Assembly (NCBI GenBank): GCA_964016885.1
Contig: OZ024742.1
Location: 216,752,001-216,816,000 of the forward strand
Origin: Eledone cirrhosa
Lineage: Eukaryota
DNA length: 64,000 bases
Direction: 5' to 3'
Of the stretch, positions 1-13,438 are shown in pieces. The position numbers were made by a program, and so were the translations under genes. Numbering within the stretch: the first letter of the stretch is position 1; each line of letters begins with the position of its first letter. The notes under the pieces are model-generated. The model saw nothing but the letters and a program-made list of their open reading frames with translations, had not been told where the DNA came from and made no database searches.

Positions 1-600
1 TACCATGGCATACCATGGACTCCGCAGACGACTTTACGTAGGCAACACTAATTGCATACACATTAATAGAGTTCATTATGTGAATTCAATAATCATTCCT
101 CTTTCTATCGTCGTTAATGTGCTCCATGCGTAATATATAGCATACAGATAATTGTCGAATGTGAAAATATCCTTTCATATATATATATATGTGTGTGTGA
201 GTGTGTGTATGTGTGTGTGTGTGTGAGAGAGAGAGAGGTGGGGGGGGCGTATAATGTGTATATATAATAATATATATACACAATTGTGAATGCTATTAAA
301 CTACCATAAAACTGGCATATTCACGACACCCATTTCCTTAGTTGTTTTTTTATTTATTTGCTTAAAATACTCAGGTGAACGCCATCTTTGAAATCACAGA
401 TCTCGCGAAAAATAGCAAAAAAAGGTGGGAATTAAATTATGGTTCTAGACACTTTGATATTTCGCCTTAGAAGGCTGTACAAAATATCAGAAAATACAAC
501 ATATACAGTTAGTTCACGCGGACATGTATATATATATATACACACACATGCGTACAGATATAGATGTATATAATGGAAACATATATCTATCGGTGTACGA

Positions 601-639
<39 letters not shown>

Positions 640-730
640 ACATACACACACATATATATATATATATGTGTGTGTGTGTATTTGTGTGTGTATGTGTGCG
701 TGTGCGTGTGTCTGTGTGTGTGTGCGTGTG

Positions 731-987
<257 letters not shown>

Positions 988-1619
988 TCACACACAGATA
1001 CAAACCTTTAACTGCGCCTAGATGCTGGTCTTCCATAGAGAAAGGTGATGCATGATAATATTGAATATATGAGGATATCAATAAAGTGAGATATGATTTA
1101 TAGGTGAAAGATCCTTATAGGCTTGTGTAAAAAAAGTGATAGTACGAACTGGAAGCAGTGATCATTGAGTGTGCTATAAAAGATGGTCTACGTGCGTATT
1201 AGTTGCAAATAAATTTTATGAAAAACCTGACCTCGGTAATGATTATGGGTACCTGCACATATAGTTAGGAGAATCCGGACGCCGGAGCTGCTATCCAGCT
1301 ATAGATAGGAATTTCCATTGTTGTAGAATGGGCTAGGTGGCATGGAAGTAAGGATAGAAGAAATCGGATCTGGTGATTAAGCAGAAATGGCATTTAAATT
1401 TTTTTTTAATTTTCAACCTCTTAACTGTTCAAGCGTTGGCTTCCCCAGCAAAAATAAACAACTAATCATTCGCAAGTAAACAGCTGTCGTTAAATTCGGA
1501 TACCACATGCCTTATCACAGGCTGAGTTTTCTCCTATCCTTTGGATACACAAAACATAAACTACATTATTTCCACAAAATGGCTGACTTGAAAAAAAAAT
1601 GTTTCTCTATCTTTCTATT

Positions 1620-1775
1620 TCATCCTTTGTCTCTCCTTCTGTCTGCTGATAAAGGACTTGCAACCGAAACGCAAAGACTCTTTTTCTACTAAATCAAGCT
1701 AATATAGTTGTAAATTAAACTAATATTGTTCTTCATTGTACTGTGTCGTCTGCTTTGTTGTTTCCGTTTACTTTT

Positions 1776-1780
<5 letters not shown>
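1620..1780 (+). mobile_element. Probable Penelope-like 3' terminal relic with degenerate hammerhead motif
   Basis: gtctg-CTGATAA-agg acttgcaa cc-GAAAC-gcaaagac (1641-1678), then about 100 bp ending in a (TA)n run. Confidence 0.5.
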
Positions 1781-1833
<53 letters not shown>

Positions 1834-1837
1834 TACG

Positions 1838-1910
<73 letters not shown>

Positions 1911-2263
1911 ATGTATGTATGTATGTATGTATGTATGTATGTATGTATGTATATGTATATATATTAGGAATTCTACCCTTAGTTTTAGGACTGAACTCCG
2001 CCGATGAATTACCCTATTAGTCCTAGTCATAAGATCTTTCTAATCTTTTGGAAACATCGAATGATTTCTATATGCAGCATTTAAAATTCAACAGCCTCAT
2101 ATGGGACGTAGTAATGAAACTGTTGCTGTTCGGAACCTAATACTTGTTTCCATAGGAAATTCTTAAAGATTATCCAGCCATCAGAGTATTCGGTTTATTT
2201 TCTTTACATATTGTCGACGCATGCAGTAGGTCTGTTGGCGGCCCGCGTTCCAAAATACCTTAT

Positions 2264-2292
2264 CCCGTTCAACGCCGGGTACCACTGCTAGT
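2264..2292 (+). mobile_element. Helitron-like 3' terminus
   Basis: GC hairpin cccg-ttcaacgc-cggg followed about 8 nt later by CTAG|T; 5' end not located. Confidence 0.5.
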
Positions 2293-2469
2293 ATTATATA
2301 AAATACAGAAAGATTTTCTGAACGGGAACAGAAGGAAGCCACAGTTAAATAGAGTACACAATATATTAGCAGACGTGGTACACATTTATTTAGTATAGTT
2401 TGACTTTTGAATACACCTAACCAAAGAGACCTAATCGCAAACCAGCGAGTTGTGAAGCAAAGCACGCAT

Positions 2470-2504
<35 letters not shown>

Positions 2505-2846
2505 CACATACACACACACACACATGCACATACACACACATACACACACGCACGCACACACACACATACACATAAGGATACGCACACCATGATACGCAAC
2601 AGGGTGTTACATATATTCATCATTTCACAAATTATAATCCCAAAACATAAATCTACTCAAAGCGAAGCTGGTTAGTATCAAATGTAATAATCTAATCATC
2701 ACTATAAATGAAACACCCTTATATTAAATTAAAAAAACAATAATGAGTTTAGCATGAACTGCTTTTGTTGTGTACTGTAAATTTGTGCGTATATATAAAA
2801 GTAATTGCATGCATTTTCAGATATTTATTATCATTTTCCCTAAATT

Positions 2847-2893
<47 letters not shown>

Positions 2894-4222
2894 TATATAT
2901 ATATATATATAATAATCGATATATATAATAATTGAATGAGTGATAATAATCGAATGAGTGATGAAAATTCATGAATAATATTCAACCTATAGTTAGTATG
3001 GGTAGGAGGTTTAGAATATTCAGTGATATAAATTATGGCACGCTATGTTAAAATATTAGAAATATCGAAATAAATTAATAAGTTAATCCGTTGAAGCATA
3101 TTTTGAAGAAAGGTGTATCGGGGAAGTGGAGTGTAAATACTGATTGATCAGAAGTAAATTTGTATAGCTACTATTAACCTGAAATCGTTACATCATAGAC
3201 TCAATTTGTATGTAACTGATTCTTCTCTTTAAATTATTCTTGAAATATTTAAGTGAGTAGTCGTTTTGTTAGGCTATTCGTTTTCCTGATGAAAATAAAA
3301 TTTCAAAAAATATATAATTATTTTCTGTATGTTAGTTTCTTCAAATTATAGTTTCACAAATAATCGTTTTCTTAAAAATACTTTTTGTAAATTTATAGAT
3401 TCAAAAATATAACTTTAAAAAATATAATGCTTGAAATGTAATACTAAAAATATGTCCGGTTTCGTTAATACCATTTCATAAATATTCTTAAGAATTATTA
3501 TTATAGTTATGATTATTTTGTCTTCTAAACCTAATTAGCGGGTAGGTATCGAATGAAGTAACTTCGACTAGTTATTCTGTCTATGTTACTGTAGTCTTTG
3601 TTTACCTAATCGTATTTATTAGAGGATAAAAACAAAATTTCTTCAATTCTATTTGCTCTCAATAATTTCGTCTCTCACTATGTCCCAATTCAATATTAAC
3701 TATGTAAGTAATATTTTCACCTCAGTTCAATAATATTTCCGATTATTCTGAAGATGAAACTGCAGTTAAATAGTAATCACAAATTGATTCAATTTTCCTT
3801 TTCGTTTACTTAACTATTTCTATACTTCCAGTAATATATATATATTCTTAATTATGGCTCAGTGGCGAGTCTTGTTATTCTGGAGTTTGCGCTGTGTACT
3901 CACATAATCATTAGACATGAGTCTTATCTGGCGATCTTCTGTGTGCAAAGTGGAGACCCCAGAGTAACAATACTCTTTCTCATGCCCATCACTATTACTG
4001 GGATATATATGTATATAGACATTAAGATAAGCAAGAAAAAAGATAGCACATATTCAACATCAATTTATTTCCTTACATCATACCCATTATGTACATTTCA
4101 AAGGCATCAAAACGTCGTTATTCAACAGTTATTGAATCAATGCTTTGATGTCAGTCAGGTGTTTGAATGTAAATGAAAAGATTTTTTTGTTATTGTGTTT
4201 GATTAATACATATATATATATA

Positions 4223-4717
4223 TATTTATTAAAATAACAGATTAACATTTAAGCAAAGAATCGCTGCTTTCACCCTTAACGGGTTCTTCTGAAACTAAAA
4301 AAGTCAATCTGTGAACGCAGAAGTAAATATTTCATAAAACGTTGCAACCGAAGGAAGACAGGAAGACGATACTTTGGTTCGTGGAAACGTTCCCTGGCAA
4401 AGAACGTGAAAAACGAAGATAATACGTCATTATTTGGAGCGGTGAAAAACAATTACACGCCAAGTCAAGACCATGTTTATGGTATAAAAGAAGTCGTAGA
4501 CTAATATAATGACGTATTATCTTCGTTTTTTTCTGTTCTTTGCCAGAGAACGTTTCCACGAACCAAAGTATAGTCTTCCTGTCTTCCTCCGGTTGCAACG
4601 TTTTTTGAAATATTTACTTCTGCGTTCACAGATTGACTTTTTTAGTTTCAGAAGATCCCGTTAAGGGTGAAAGCAGCGATTCTTTGCTTAAACTTTAATC
4701 TGTTATTTTAATAAATA
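4223..4717. repeat. Long fold-back palindrome (about 210-bp arms, about 70-bp spacer), PLE-like
   Basis: 4223-4433 is a near reverse complement of 4506-4717; starts right after (TA)n; hammerhead-like CAGAAGA-(a/t)ccc gttaa gggt-GAAA; a fragment of the same end recurs at about 55382-55425. Confidence 0.9.
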
Positions 4718-4801
4718 TTTGCTCTACGGTTCTTATATATTTGATATATATTTATCCTTATCGAGCCCTCTTTGGATTTTAGTCTTCAAATTTATTATTA
4801 T

Positions 4802-4861
<60 letters not shown>

Positions 4862-4867
<6 letters not shown>

Positions 4868-5104
4868 GATATTAATAAATGGAAACTATATTTATAAAAC
4901 CATATCTATTTCATTATACATATTTCAGGAATACCAAATTAAATTATGGTATGCATTCATCAGACAAAATACAATATATAACAGTTTTATATTGTATTTT
5001 GTTTGATGAAGGCATACCATAATTTAATTTGGTATCCCTGAAATATGTATAATGAAATAGATATGGTTTTATAAATATAGTTTCCATTTATTAATATCGT
5101 ATAT
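4862..5104. repeat. Fold-back palindrome (about 115-bp arms) containing a type I hammerhead ribozyme motif
   Basis: Near-perfect hairpin centred at about 4983. Minus strand of left arm: tttgt-CTGATGA-atgcatacca..tggtattcct-GAAA-tatgta-TA-atgaaa; plus-strand copy has TTGATGA. Confidence 0.9.
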
Positions 5105-5228
5105 CTACTCCAAATATTTGTCGAGTGCTTTATATCAGCTATAAAAATATTTACTTGTTGTATCCCAACAATTTTAAATAGAACTTTTGCATATATATAT
5201 ATATATTATATATATATACATAATATAC

Positions 5229-5400
<172 letters not shown>

Positions 5401-5559
5401 TTTTGAAATACTCAACCAATTATACGCTAGTTTCACGTATAGGCTGAGTTCCGTTGTTCGCACTCATCCTCGGAATCTACCGGAAGTTTGCTTATTTCTC
5501 GTATCATATGAAGTTCGATGTTGATTTGAGAATATCAGCCCACTAATTTCCTTCAGTAT

Positions 5560-6420
5560 ATCTATTCATATCATGAGTAGTCGTTTCCCTACTCTTACTT
5601 TGTTTATATAATGATCTTTTTATGAAAACCTATCACAAACCATGACCGCATATGACAATGAATCCTTCTAAAGTACACTCATGGATCACTTGCAGCTGTA
5701 TGGATCTTTTTCTGTCTGTCTTTGATATTTTCATACATCAATGCTAGATGCAGCATTTATTTTTGAAATCTCTCTTGAGCTCTTGTTCCTCTTCCTCTCC
5801 TAATTATACGTCCTAAATTTCTTGAAGGCGAATTTTAATTTACGTACATAATATAATGAAGGCAATCATCTTGCAATTATTGCATCCTCGCACATACCCC
5901 TTGTTTGGAATGTAGATATACATTGACTTCTGTCAGACTTTTAGCACTTTCTTTGTCTTTGGAACATTTCGACAGTATAACTAATTAAACAGCAAATTCA
6001 CCTGCTGCTTCACTTATATCCTGTTCATTTTTATCTTATCAAATTCCGATGCTATAAAAAAATTCTTCATGGACACAATTATATATTTCTTGCTCTTTTT
6101 CTTCTCATAAGATGGTTTCTTACCGACCATTAAACAATGTCCTTCCTTCCTTGCTCTTCAGGGTGTCTGTCAAATTCATTAATTGTTGTAAATTTATTCT
6201 TGTCTTCCATGGTATGACTTTCTCATAAACACCTGAAGATTATACATTTCAGACCCTTATCTTGTTTCTATTTCCTTGCATCTTAATTTGATTGCAAACA
6301 GCAACCCCTGGCATAGTTTTCGCAACCTCAACTTCACTCTTCCATCTTTTATTGCAAAGTATGTAATCAACCTGATTACGATTTTGTTCATTAGGTTATA
6401 TTCATATATATCTACTTCTC
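5560..6420 (-). mobile_element. Degenerate RTE-clade LINE fragment (end of APE endonuclease to start of RT)
   Basis: Manual minus-strand translation NEQNRNQVDYILCNKKMESEVEVAKTMPG resembles the RTE/BovB NQIDYIL..AKTRPG motif; many stops and frameshifts. Confidence 0.6.
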
Positions 6421-7103
6421 TTATTTAAAATAAGTTTTGTGGGTGAATATATCATTTGTTACCCAGATTTCCATACGTCTGGCCTTAGCTTTATTAGTAA
6501 TATTATTGTATTTTTCCTCTTTAATCTTTATATTAGATTCTCGCATAATGAAAGGAATATTTCCTCTAGATACATCATTAATTGTTTGCTGAAGATAATT
6601 AAAAACCAACGTCCTTGTCTTCTTACATTACGAATAAAGTAAGATACTAGACATGAATTATTGTACAATTTATAGGTCATTCTTGAAATCTCACTGTTAA
6701 GATTCTGTCATTGACATGTTTGTATCCAATAACTACAGATAACTTTCATTGGAACAATAATTCCAACAAGAGAGGAGTTTGAATATTTAAATAATCATTG
6801 TGACTGTAACTTCCGAGTTTTGACGGCTATGGACAGAGGGAAGACGTACTTGTCAATTGATTAACGACCAATTAGTTATATACAATTATATTTACATTAC
6901 ATTTACTATTGGTTTTCGAATATACGCTGCTTTGTGCGGGAATATTCATCATTTAATTAATTACATCAATGACGAGTATATATATATATATGTGTGTGTG
7001 TGTATGCGTAAGTGCGTTTGTCTGTGAAAGAGTAAGTGTTTGTGTGTGTGCGCGTGTGTGTATGTATGTATGTATGTGTGTGTGTGTGTGTGTGAGTGTG
7101 TTT

Positions 7104-7986
7104 GTTGAGAAATTAATGCAGGTTTCTAAACAACTTTAACATGATATATTTCAGTCCAAAACAAACTTTATTAATTAATCTAAAAAGGCGGTGGGTTAGC
7201 AGTATTGGTAGAGGGTCGGACGCCATGCTTTGACGCATAGAGTTACGGCCCTTGCCATTCTGAGTTCAAATCCCGCCGAGGTTAACTTTGCCTTTCATCC
7301 TTACGGGGTCGATAAAATAAAGTACCAGTAATACACTGTAATTGCTGGCCTTGTTCCTAACGTAAAAACAATTAATTAATCTAAAAACCATTAGAATTGT
7401 TTTTGCCAGCAAGATACAAGTTTACTTATTCCGGTAACATAGAAATAGATCGTTCTGTAGGCGATGAATTCTTCAAAGGCATTATTTATAGGTGTAAAAG
7501 GATTGGACTTTCTCTATTGGCCAATACTAGACACGCTGTAATTGTTTATGCATTTCATCGATTTCGTGACAATACTTCTCTTCTGTGATTGTTGCACCAG
7601 GATTCATCTGCGAACTTCTTCATCTTCAAACGTGAATTCAGCAGGACACATCTTTTGAAATTAATGTTGAACTGTGCGTTCATTAACACGTCCTTGGTTC
7701 CAAACATCATTAAAGTTCTAGCCGTTTACAAATGCTGCGATCGATTTTAAACTCCCAGAAATAAATTTGGCGAAAATCCTGTCTTGACACCTTAACTTTA
7801 AAAGATCTTAAAATTGACTTTATTCACATTTATATGCAAGTTATATGGCAAGTGGATTACATTGAAAGAAAAAGCATAAAATATGCTTTAAAAGGCTACA
7901 TAATTTTATAAACGTTGCGTAAGATTTTATTCTTAAAAAGATGTTTAAAAAAATAAAAAGATAAAACGTGTATAAATTTCTAAACC
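7104..7986 (-). mobile_element. Internally deleted mariner (Hsmar1/cecropia-like) transposon
   Basis: Minus-strand pieces VSRQDFRQIYFWEFKIDRS..NERTVQH, NPGATITEEKYCHEIDEMHKQLQR, NAFEEFIAYR..FYVTGISKLVSCWQK; imperfect TIRs at about 7104-7127 and 7964-7986; interrupted by a SINE. Confidence 0.8.
7187..7370 (+). mobile_element. tRNA-derived SINE (family A) with 17-bp TSD
   Basis: B-box-like gagttcaaatccc, core ctttcatccttacggggtcgataaaataaagtaccag; TSD attaattaatctaaaaa at 7170-7186 and 7371-7387. Confidence 0.9.
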
Positions 7987-8003
7987 TAGTTTATATATAA
8001 GGG

Positions 8004-8080
<77 letters not shown>

Positions 8081-8083
8081 AGA

Positions 8084-8122
<39 letters not shown>

Positions 8123-8539
8123 GGAGTAAGAGAGAGAGAGATGTGTGTCGGTGTGTCTGTATCTGTGTGTGTATGCGTGTGTGCGTGTGTGTGTCTGTGT
8201 CTGTGTCTGTGTGTGTGTATGCGTGTGTGTGTGTGTGTATTTGCACTTGTTATAATATATTTTGATATATAGATATATTTAGAAATTACAAATAATAAGA
8301 CGGAAGAAACAAATGCAAACAATTCTAATAAAAATAATGACAATACTGATTTGCCTGGCATTAAATTATTTCGCAACCAATTACGGGAAACAGAACAGAA
8401 AGAGATATAGAAGGAGAATGAAAGAAATGTAGTTGGAGAAAAAGGAAAGAGAGTGTGATAGATAGTATAGAGAGGAGCTAGTAGAGAAAGAATTTAATCA
8501 GGATACAAAATAAGGAATAGTGTTGTGAAATATCTTCTT

Positions 8540-8825
8540 TTTCGTCGCCCACTTATTCCTGAGAGGGTCGTGGGGTAAGAATCCTCAAACACTCCCTCCA
8601 GCGGGTCTTGTCAGAAGCAACATCTCCAACTAATCCACCTGGACCCCCAAGCGAGACAAGCCAAGCTCATGGATGTTATCCAACCATCTTGCTCAGGGTT
8701 TATCCCTGGGTCTAGCCCTGGGTCTCCTGCCGGTTGGTTTTGCCCGTACAATCTGTCCAGTGATTCTTTCCTGAGACAATCTAATCACATGCCCATAGTA
8801 TCGGAGCTGTGATCTCTCAATTCCA
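8540..8825 (-). mobile_element. RTE-clade LINE 3' fragment
   Basis: Translation IERSQLRYYGHVIRLSQERITGQIVRAKPTGRRPRARPR..WLDNI..DKTRWR; homologous to 21700-22055. Confidence 0.8.
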
Positions 8826-9701
8826 TGAAATAGCTGCTCGATAAAGTGCGAACACGCAGATCAGAGAGTCACTCCACGTATTGTGAGTTATACGATGGTT
8901 ATATATACACGTATGGAATTACAAAAGAGGGAATTATTACTTGATACGTCTTATAGAGAGCATTTATCTAGAAGAAACTGGTGCTTTATTCTGTTGCTAA
9001 TAAAAGATTTTCGCTGCTCATGATCATTCGAGTGACAAGAAAATTATTGGTAGAAAGAGCAATAGTGTACCATATCAGATCATTTTTTGTTAATCTGTTG
9101 ATCCAATCTCTTTGATAGCGAAGAGAATTACTGCTATGGTGAGTGAATACTTCCTGTCTACAACCTAAATAATAACAAGAGAGACGGGGGCAGCAGCACT
9201 GGGAGTTTCATTACATTGTGTTCGAACCTGATGTATATGTATATATTTATTTAACATATCGCATTTTATTCACAGTTGTATAAATGACACAATGGGTTAA
9301 TACGTCATATATGGATTCACGATGGCATTGTATTATTAACAAGAGTTCGTTTTATGATACAAAAAGAAAATTTTGGATTTTCTAGTCAACGATGTATCTG
9401 ACTGGAATTTTTTAGACAACCATAAAGATAAACTTTCTGTGTTGGCGCGCGATTATATTCACTCTTCATGTCTTTCGTGAAACGAAAGTAGACTGAATAA
9501 AATAGTTTAGTTTAACGTTAGAATAGTGCAAAGGTCACTCGTTCATGTTTTCATTCGGCGTTAAATTTATTACGTGTTTGTGTTGTTCTCGAGATTTCAC
9601 CACTCTGAAGCAGGACTAAGTCCCTTCTCGTGTAACCGTATTCGAATTACATTAGATGTATGATACATATATTTATACACACATACATTAACTAGATAGA
9701 G

Positions 9702-9753
<52 letters not shown>

Positions 9754-9967
9754 TTCTTTATTTACCATAAAGGCATAAAAAGAAGGGACAAATACAAAGG
9801 GGGAGTTTACATATAATCGAGTAAAAAGGGTGTAACATGAAAATAATCGAAAATAACCTCAAAAGGGAGGGGACGTGATGGGGGTTGCACACACCCCCGA
9901 AAAAGTGTGCAATCCTTTGCCCGGGGAGCACATGGAGAAGGTGCTCCCCTCTCCTTTACTTCTTTAC

Positions 9968-12900
9968 CTACAGGATGGTATACAGAGAAGGCCCATTTAC
10001 ACGAGCCATTCTCGCCACTATCACCCACCTTTCATAAAACTGCCTGTGGCCAAGCACCTCTCTCTCCATTCTTATCCTTCTTCCGAAGTGATATCGGAAG
10101 AAGTAGACCAGACTATGGCCAGAGAGGAAGTTGCCTGACCTCAGACCTTTCAATCGTGTCCACCAAACAACCTCTTTCAACATGGCTATTACGCACAGAA
10201 AAACCGCCTTTGCTTCCTTTGTGAAGAGGGGAGGCGGTTTGATTGTCATCACGGACTCGGCGGTCAATTTAATCGGCGCCACCCGCGACAGCAGTCGTTC
10301 GGCGTAGCCCCACAGATCAGCCACGCCAGGACATTGCACCAATGCGTGCGCCACGGTTTCTTCGTGACGCACGCACCTAGGGCAAATCTTTTTTGAGGGA
10401 TCCCTGCCCGGGCGCCCGTGTCTGTAGAGCCTCTCTCGAACGGGTAGAGCCCCTCGGTAGCACTGCCAGGCCAGTGACTTCTGGAAGTTGTCCATTGGTC
10501 CCGGGCCGAAAGTCCTACCGAACAGGCTGGCCAGTTCGTCTTCTTCCATGTCCAGCGACTCTCCAAGGGTGTCATCGCCCCTGCTAGCCACCAGCCCTCT
10601 ATAGAATGATGAGGTGGATTCTCCACCGATGGCCCGGCCCGCTTGCCAGAGAGCCCTGAGCGCCTGAGCACACTCAGTGTGCCAGTCTCCCAGTTTTCCG
10701 GATCTTTGCTTGACCCAGGACTGTAGCTCGGTGAGTGAGACGAGTCTCGGAAAGGCTCGTTTCACGAACGGAGCCCACACCGGTTGACCAGTGAGGAATA
10801 CCTGTAGGTGCCGTAGCCTTAATGCGTGCCTACGCATCATCAACCACGGCATCCCCAGCCCTCCTTTCGAAGGTTGTTGGCAGCAGATGGATCTTCTCAC
10901 CATAGGAGGACGCTTCTTCCAAAGAAATTGGAAGAGCATGCGTTCCATGGTGGTGAGTGTTTCCTTAGGGCAAGGCACGACAGTCAGGCGGTAGTAAGTG
11001 ACGGACGCTATGTAAATGTTCGCCACCTCCGCCCGGCCTTTTAGGGACAGCTTACACTTGGCCCATTTCTGGGTTAGTGCAAACACCTTGTTCGTAACCT
11101 CGTTCCAGTTCTTTTCCACCTGGAGGTCCGGTCCAAACCAGACCCCAAGCAACTTTACCGGGCCCTCCGTCCAGTGTCCGACGACACCGTCAGGAGGCAT
11201 CGGTCTGCCTCTCCACGTTCCGAGTTGCAGCCCGATGGATTTTTCCCGGTTCAGTTTCGCTCCTGACAACCTTTCGTACTCCTCCAGTAAGGTACCGATC
11301 GCCTCGATCTCCGAGTCGGTTGATACCATTACTGTTACGTCATCGGCGTAGGCCGACACCGCTTTGCTCAATCCTGGTTCCAGGGGGATACCCTGCAACA
11401 ACTCCAACTTCCTCAGTAAAGGCTCGAGAGTCAATACGTACAGAAGGGAGGAGAGAGGGCACCCCTGTCGAATGGATCGTGTGATTTCGAACGGCTTCGA
11501 AAGGTAGCCGTTCACCTTGATCCTAGAACAGATGTGGTTGCTATGTAGGGCAGTGATCCAGCCTCTGAAAACAGGACCGAACCCAGCCGCCGCTAGCACC
11601 GCATCCAGGTAACCATGGTCGACCCTATCGAAGGCCTTAGACTGATCCAAGTTGATCAGGGCCCCACCGAAGCCGGGTTTGTTGCCAACCCTCTCTATGA
11701 TGTATCGCATGAGGTGGAGGTTATCGTGAATGGACCTGGATGGGATAGCACATGTCTGCGCATCTCCCACCAGGCCACCCACGACAAGCGCCAACCTCTT
11801 TGCTAACACCTTGGCCAAAATCTTTAACTCTGTGTTTAGCAGGGTTATGGGCCGAAAATTATTTATACTATCCCCCTTTTTCTCGTCCTTCCTCACCAGC
11901 GTGACTACGCCCTTGGCTACAGAACAAGGAATTCTCCCGTTCTGCTGCCAATTGCAGTAGACCGCTGCGAGGAGTTCGGAGAAGAAGACCGGCATTGCTA
12001 AATAAAGTTCGTAAGGTATACCATCGAGACCTGGAGATTTGCGTCTGCTGCATTGGCTCAGCGCATCTCCGATCTCATCAGCCGAGATTGGTCCCTCGCA
12101 GGACTCTGCCTCTTTGTTCGAGAGACGCGGCAGGCCGTCGAGGTATGGACCGAAATCCACGCCCCGGCCCGGACCCTCGCCTCCCCCGAACAATCGGGCA
12201 AAGTGCTTTTGAAAGGCCTCGCACATCTGCTTAGGCTCCCGGATCACTCGTCCATCTTCGTCTTGCAACGACCGGATGGTGGATCGATTTCCACTTTTAG
12301 CTTCTGTCACGCGGGCCCATCCAACGGCTTTGGCCCCCTCATTACCTAGAGCACGTATTTTACTTCGAATGACGCAGCCTTCATGCTTTGCATCGAAAAA
12401 CTGGTTCAAGGCCGTCCTCGATGCCAGCACTCTGGCCACATCTTCGCTCTTGATTGCCTCTTCTAATTTACCTGTTAATTCTTTCTCGTTTCTATTCCTA
12501 TTGGCAGCTAACATCTTGCTATAACTTATTGATTCTGTTCTAATCTCTCTTTTGAGAGATGCCCACCATCGGTTGTTGACGATTGCACCCGTCAACCTCT
12601 CCTTAACTAATCTGCTAATCCGGTTTCTGTAAGTCTCTTTTGCCGGTAAAGACAAATTAAGTTTCCAGTAACCGGGACCCTGTCTATGTGTTTTCTCGAG
12701 ATTGACCACGCAGGTCACTAATTTGTGATCCGTGTAGCCAACCGTGCGCATTTCTGGACAGCTTAATATGTCCCTATCCTTACTTCTAACTAAGAATCTA
12801 TCTAAGTACGATCTAGATTGACCACTGTGGTTTCTCCAAGTCCAGGTAGGCACAGTTGGAAAATCTAGTCGATATCTATCGACCAAGTTAAAACGGTCGA

Positions 12901-13405
12901 GTAACCCCTTGAGGCTGTTACACCCCCCTCTATTAGGACATGCTCCTGCATAGTCCCAACGTGCATCTAGGATGTCATTCCAATCCCCCGCTAGAAGCAG
13001 GGAACGCGACGTTCCCAGAAAAGTCTCCAAACGCTGGAAGAAGTCGGGCCGTTCAGCTCCGAAAGGGGAGTAGACGGCGACCAGTCTCAAGGCCGCACTT
13101 TCACTACTGCCAACGTCTAGCACCAACAAACGACCCTCCGGGTCCGAGTGCACAACCTGTACGGCAAGACCCAGGTGTTTTTGCAGCAGCACGACAACCC
13201 CACCCCCACCTCCAGGTTGACAGAGAGATGCATGCACCTCAAAGTCATCGAAGGTGGGGGCCAGCTGCCGCACGACGCTGATTCGAGTCTCACAGATAAC
13301 CATTACATTTATACTACATGACCTGAGGTCATTTAGAAGCTTTGCTTGCTTCCAAGTTGAGCCCAGGCCACGTGCATTCAAACATCCTACTCTTAACACA
13401 TCCAT
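9968..13405 (-). CDS. Tx1 ORF2: APE endonuclease + reverse transcriptase + C-terminal zinc finger (1145 aa)
   Basis: LNARGL, ETR, YSP, GDWN, YLDRF, TDH (EN); PGLDG, RPITLLN, KAFDRV, QGCPLS, YADD (RT); CPRC..EETVAHALVQC. Confidence 0.95.
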   Translation of the reverse strand: MDVLRVGCLNARGLGSTWKQAKLLNDLRSCSINVMVICETRISVVRQLAPTFDDFEVHASLCQPGGGGGVVVLLQKHLGLAVQVVHSDPEGRLLVLDVGSSESAALRLVAVYSPFGAERPDFFQRLETFLGTSRSLLLAGDWNDILDARWDYAGACPNRGGCNSLKGLLDRFNLVDRYRLDFPTVPTWTWRNHSGQSRSYLDRFLVRSKDRDILSCPEMRTVGYTDHKLVTCVVNLEKTHRQGPGYWKLNLSLPAKETYRNRISRLVKERLTGAIVNNRWWASLKREIRTESISYSKMLAANRNRNEKELTGKLEEAIKSEDVARVLASRTALNQFFDAKHEGCVIRSKIRALGNEGAKAVGWARVTEAKSGNRSTIRSLQDEDGRVIREPKQMCEAFQKHFARLFGGGEGPGRGVDFGPYLDGLPRLSNKEAESCEGPISADEIGDALSQCSRRKSPGLDGIPYELYLAMPVFFSELLAAVYCNWQQNGRIPCSVAKGVVTLVRKDEKKGDSINNFRPITLLNTELKILAKVLAKRLALVVGGLVGDAQTCAIPSRSIHDNLHLMRYIIERVGNKPGFGGALINLDQSKAFDRVDHGYLDAVLAAAGFGPVFRGWITALHSNHICSRIKVNGYLSKPFEITRSIRQGCPLSSLLYVLTLEPLLRKLELLQGIPLEPGLSKAVSAYADDVTVMVSTDSEIEAIGTLLEEYERLSGAKLNREKSIGLQLGTWRGRPMPPDGVVGHWTEGPVKLLGVWFGPDLQVEKNWNEVTNKVFALTQKWAKCKLSLKGRAEVANIYIASVTYYRLTVVPCPKETLTTMERMLFQFLWKKRPPMVRRSICCQQPSKGGLGMPWLMMRRHALRLRHLQVFLTGQPVWAPFVKRAFPRLVSLTELQSWVKQRSGKLGDWHTECAQALRALWQAGRAIGGESTSSFYRGLVASRGDDTLGESLDMEEDELASLFGRTFGPGPMDNFQKSLAWQCYRGALPVRERLYRHGRPGRDPSKKICPRCVRHEETVAHALVQCPGVADLWGYAERLLSRVAPIKLTAESVMTIKPPPLFTKEAKAVFLCVIAMLKEVVWWTRLKGLRSGNFLSGHSLVYFFRYHFGRRIRMEREVLGHRQFYERWVIVARMARVNGPSLYTIL

Positions 13406-13438
13406 GTGGGCGGCAGAGCCAAAGGAGAGTGTAGAGAC

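Noticed and set aside
9119-9145. Strong donor ATG|gtgagt as a first exon of the receptor gene
   Set aside because: No upstream open frame encoding a signal peptide; unsupported.
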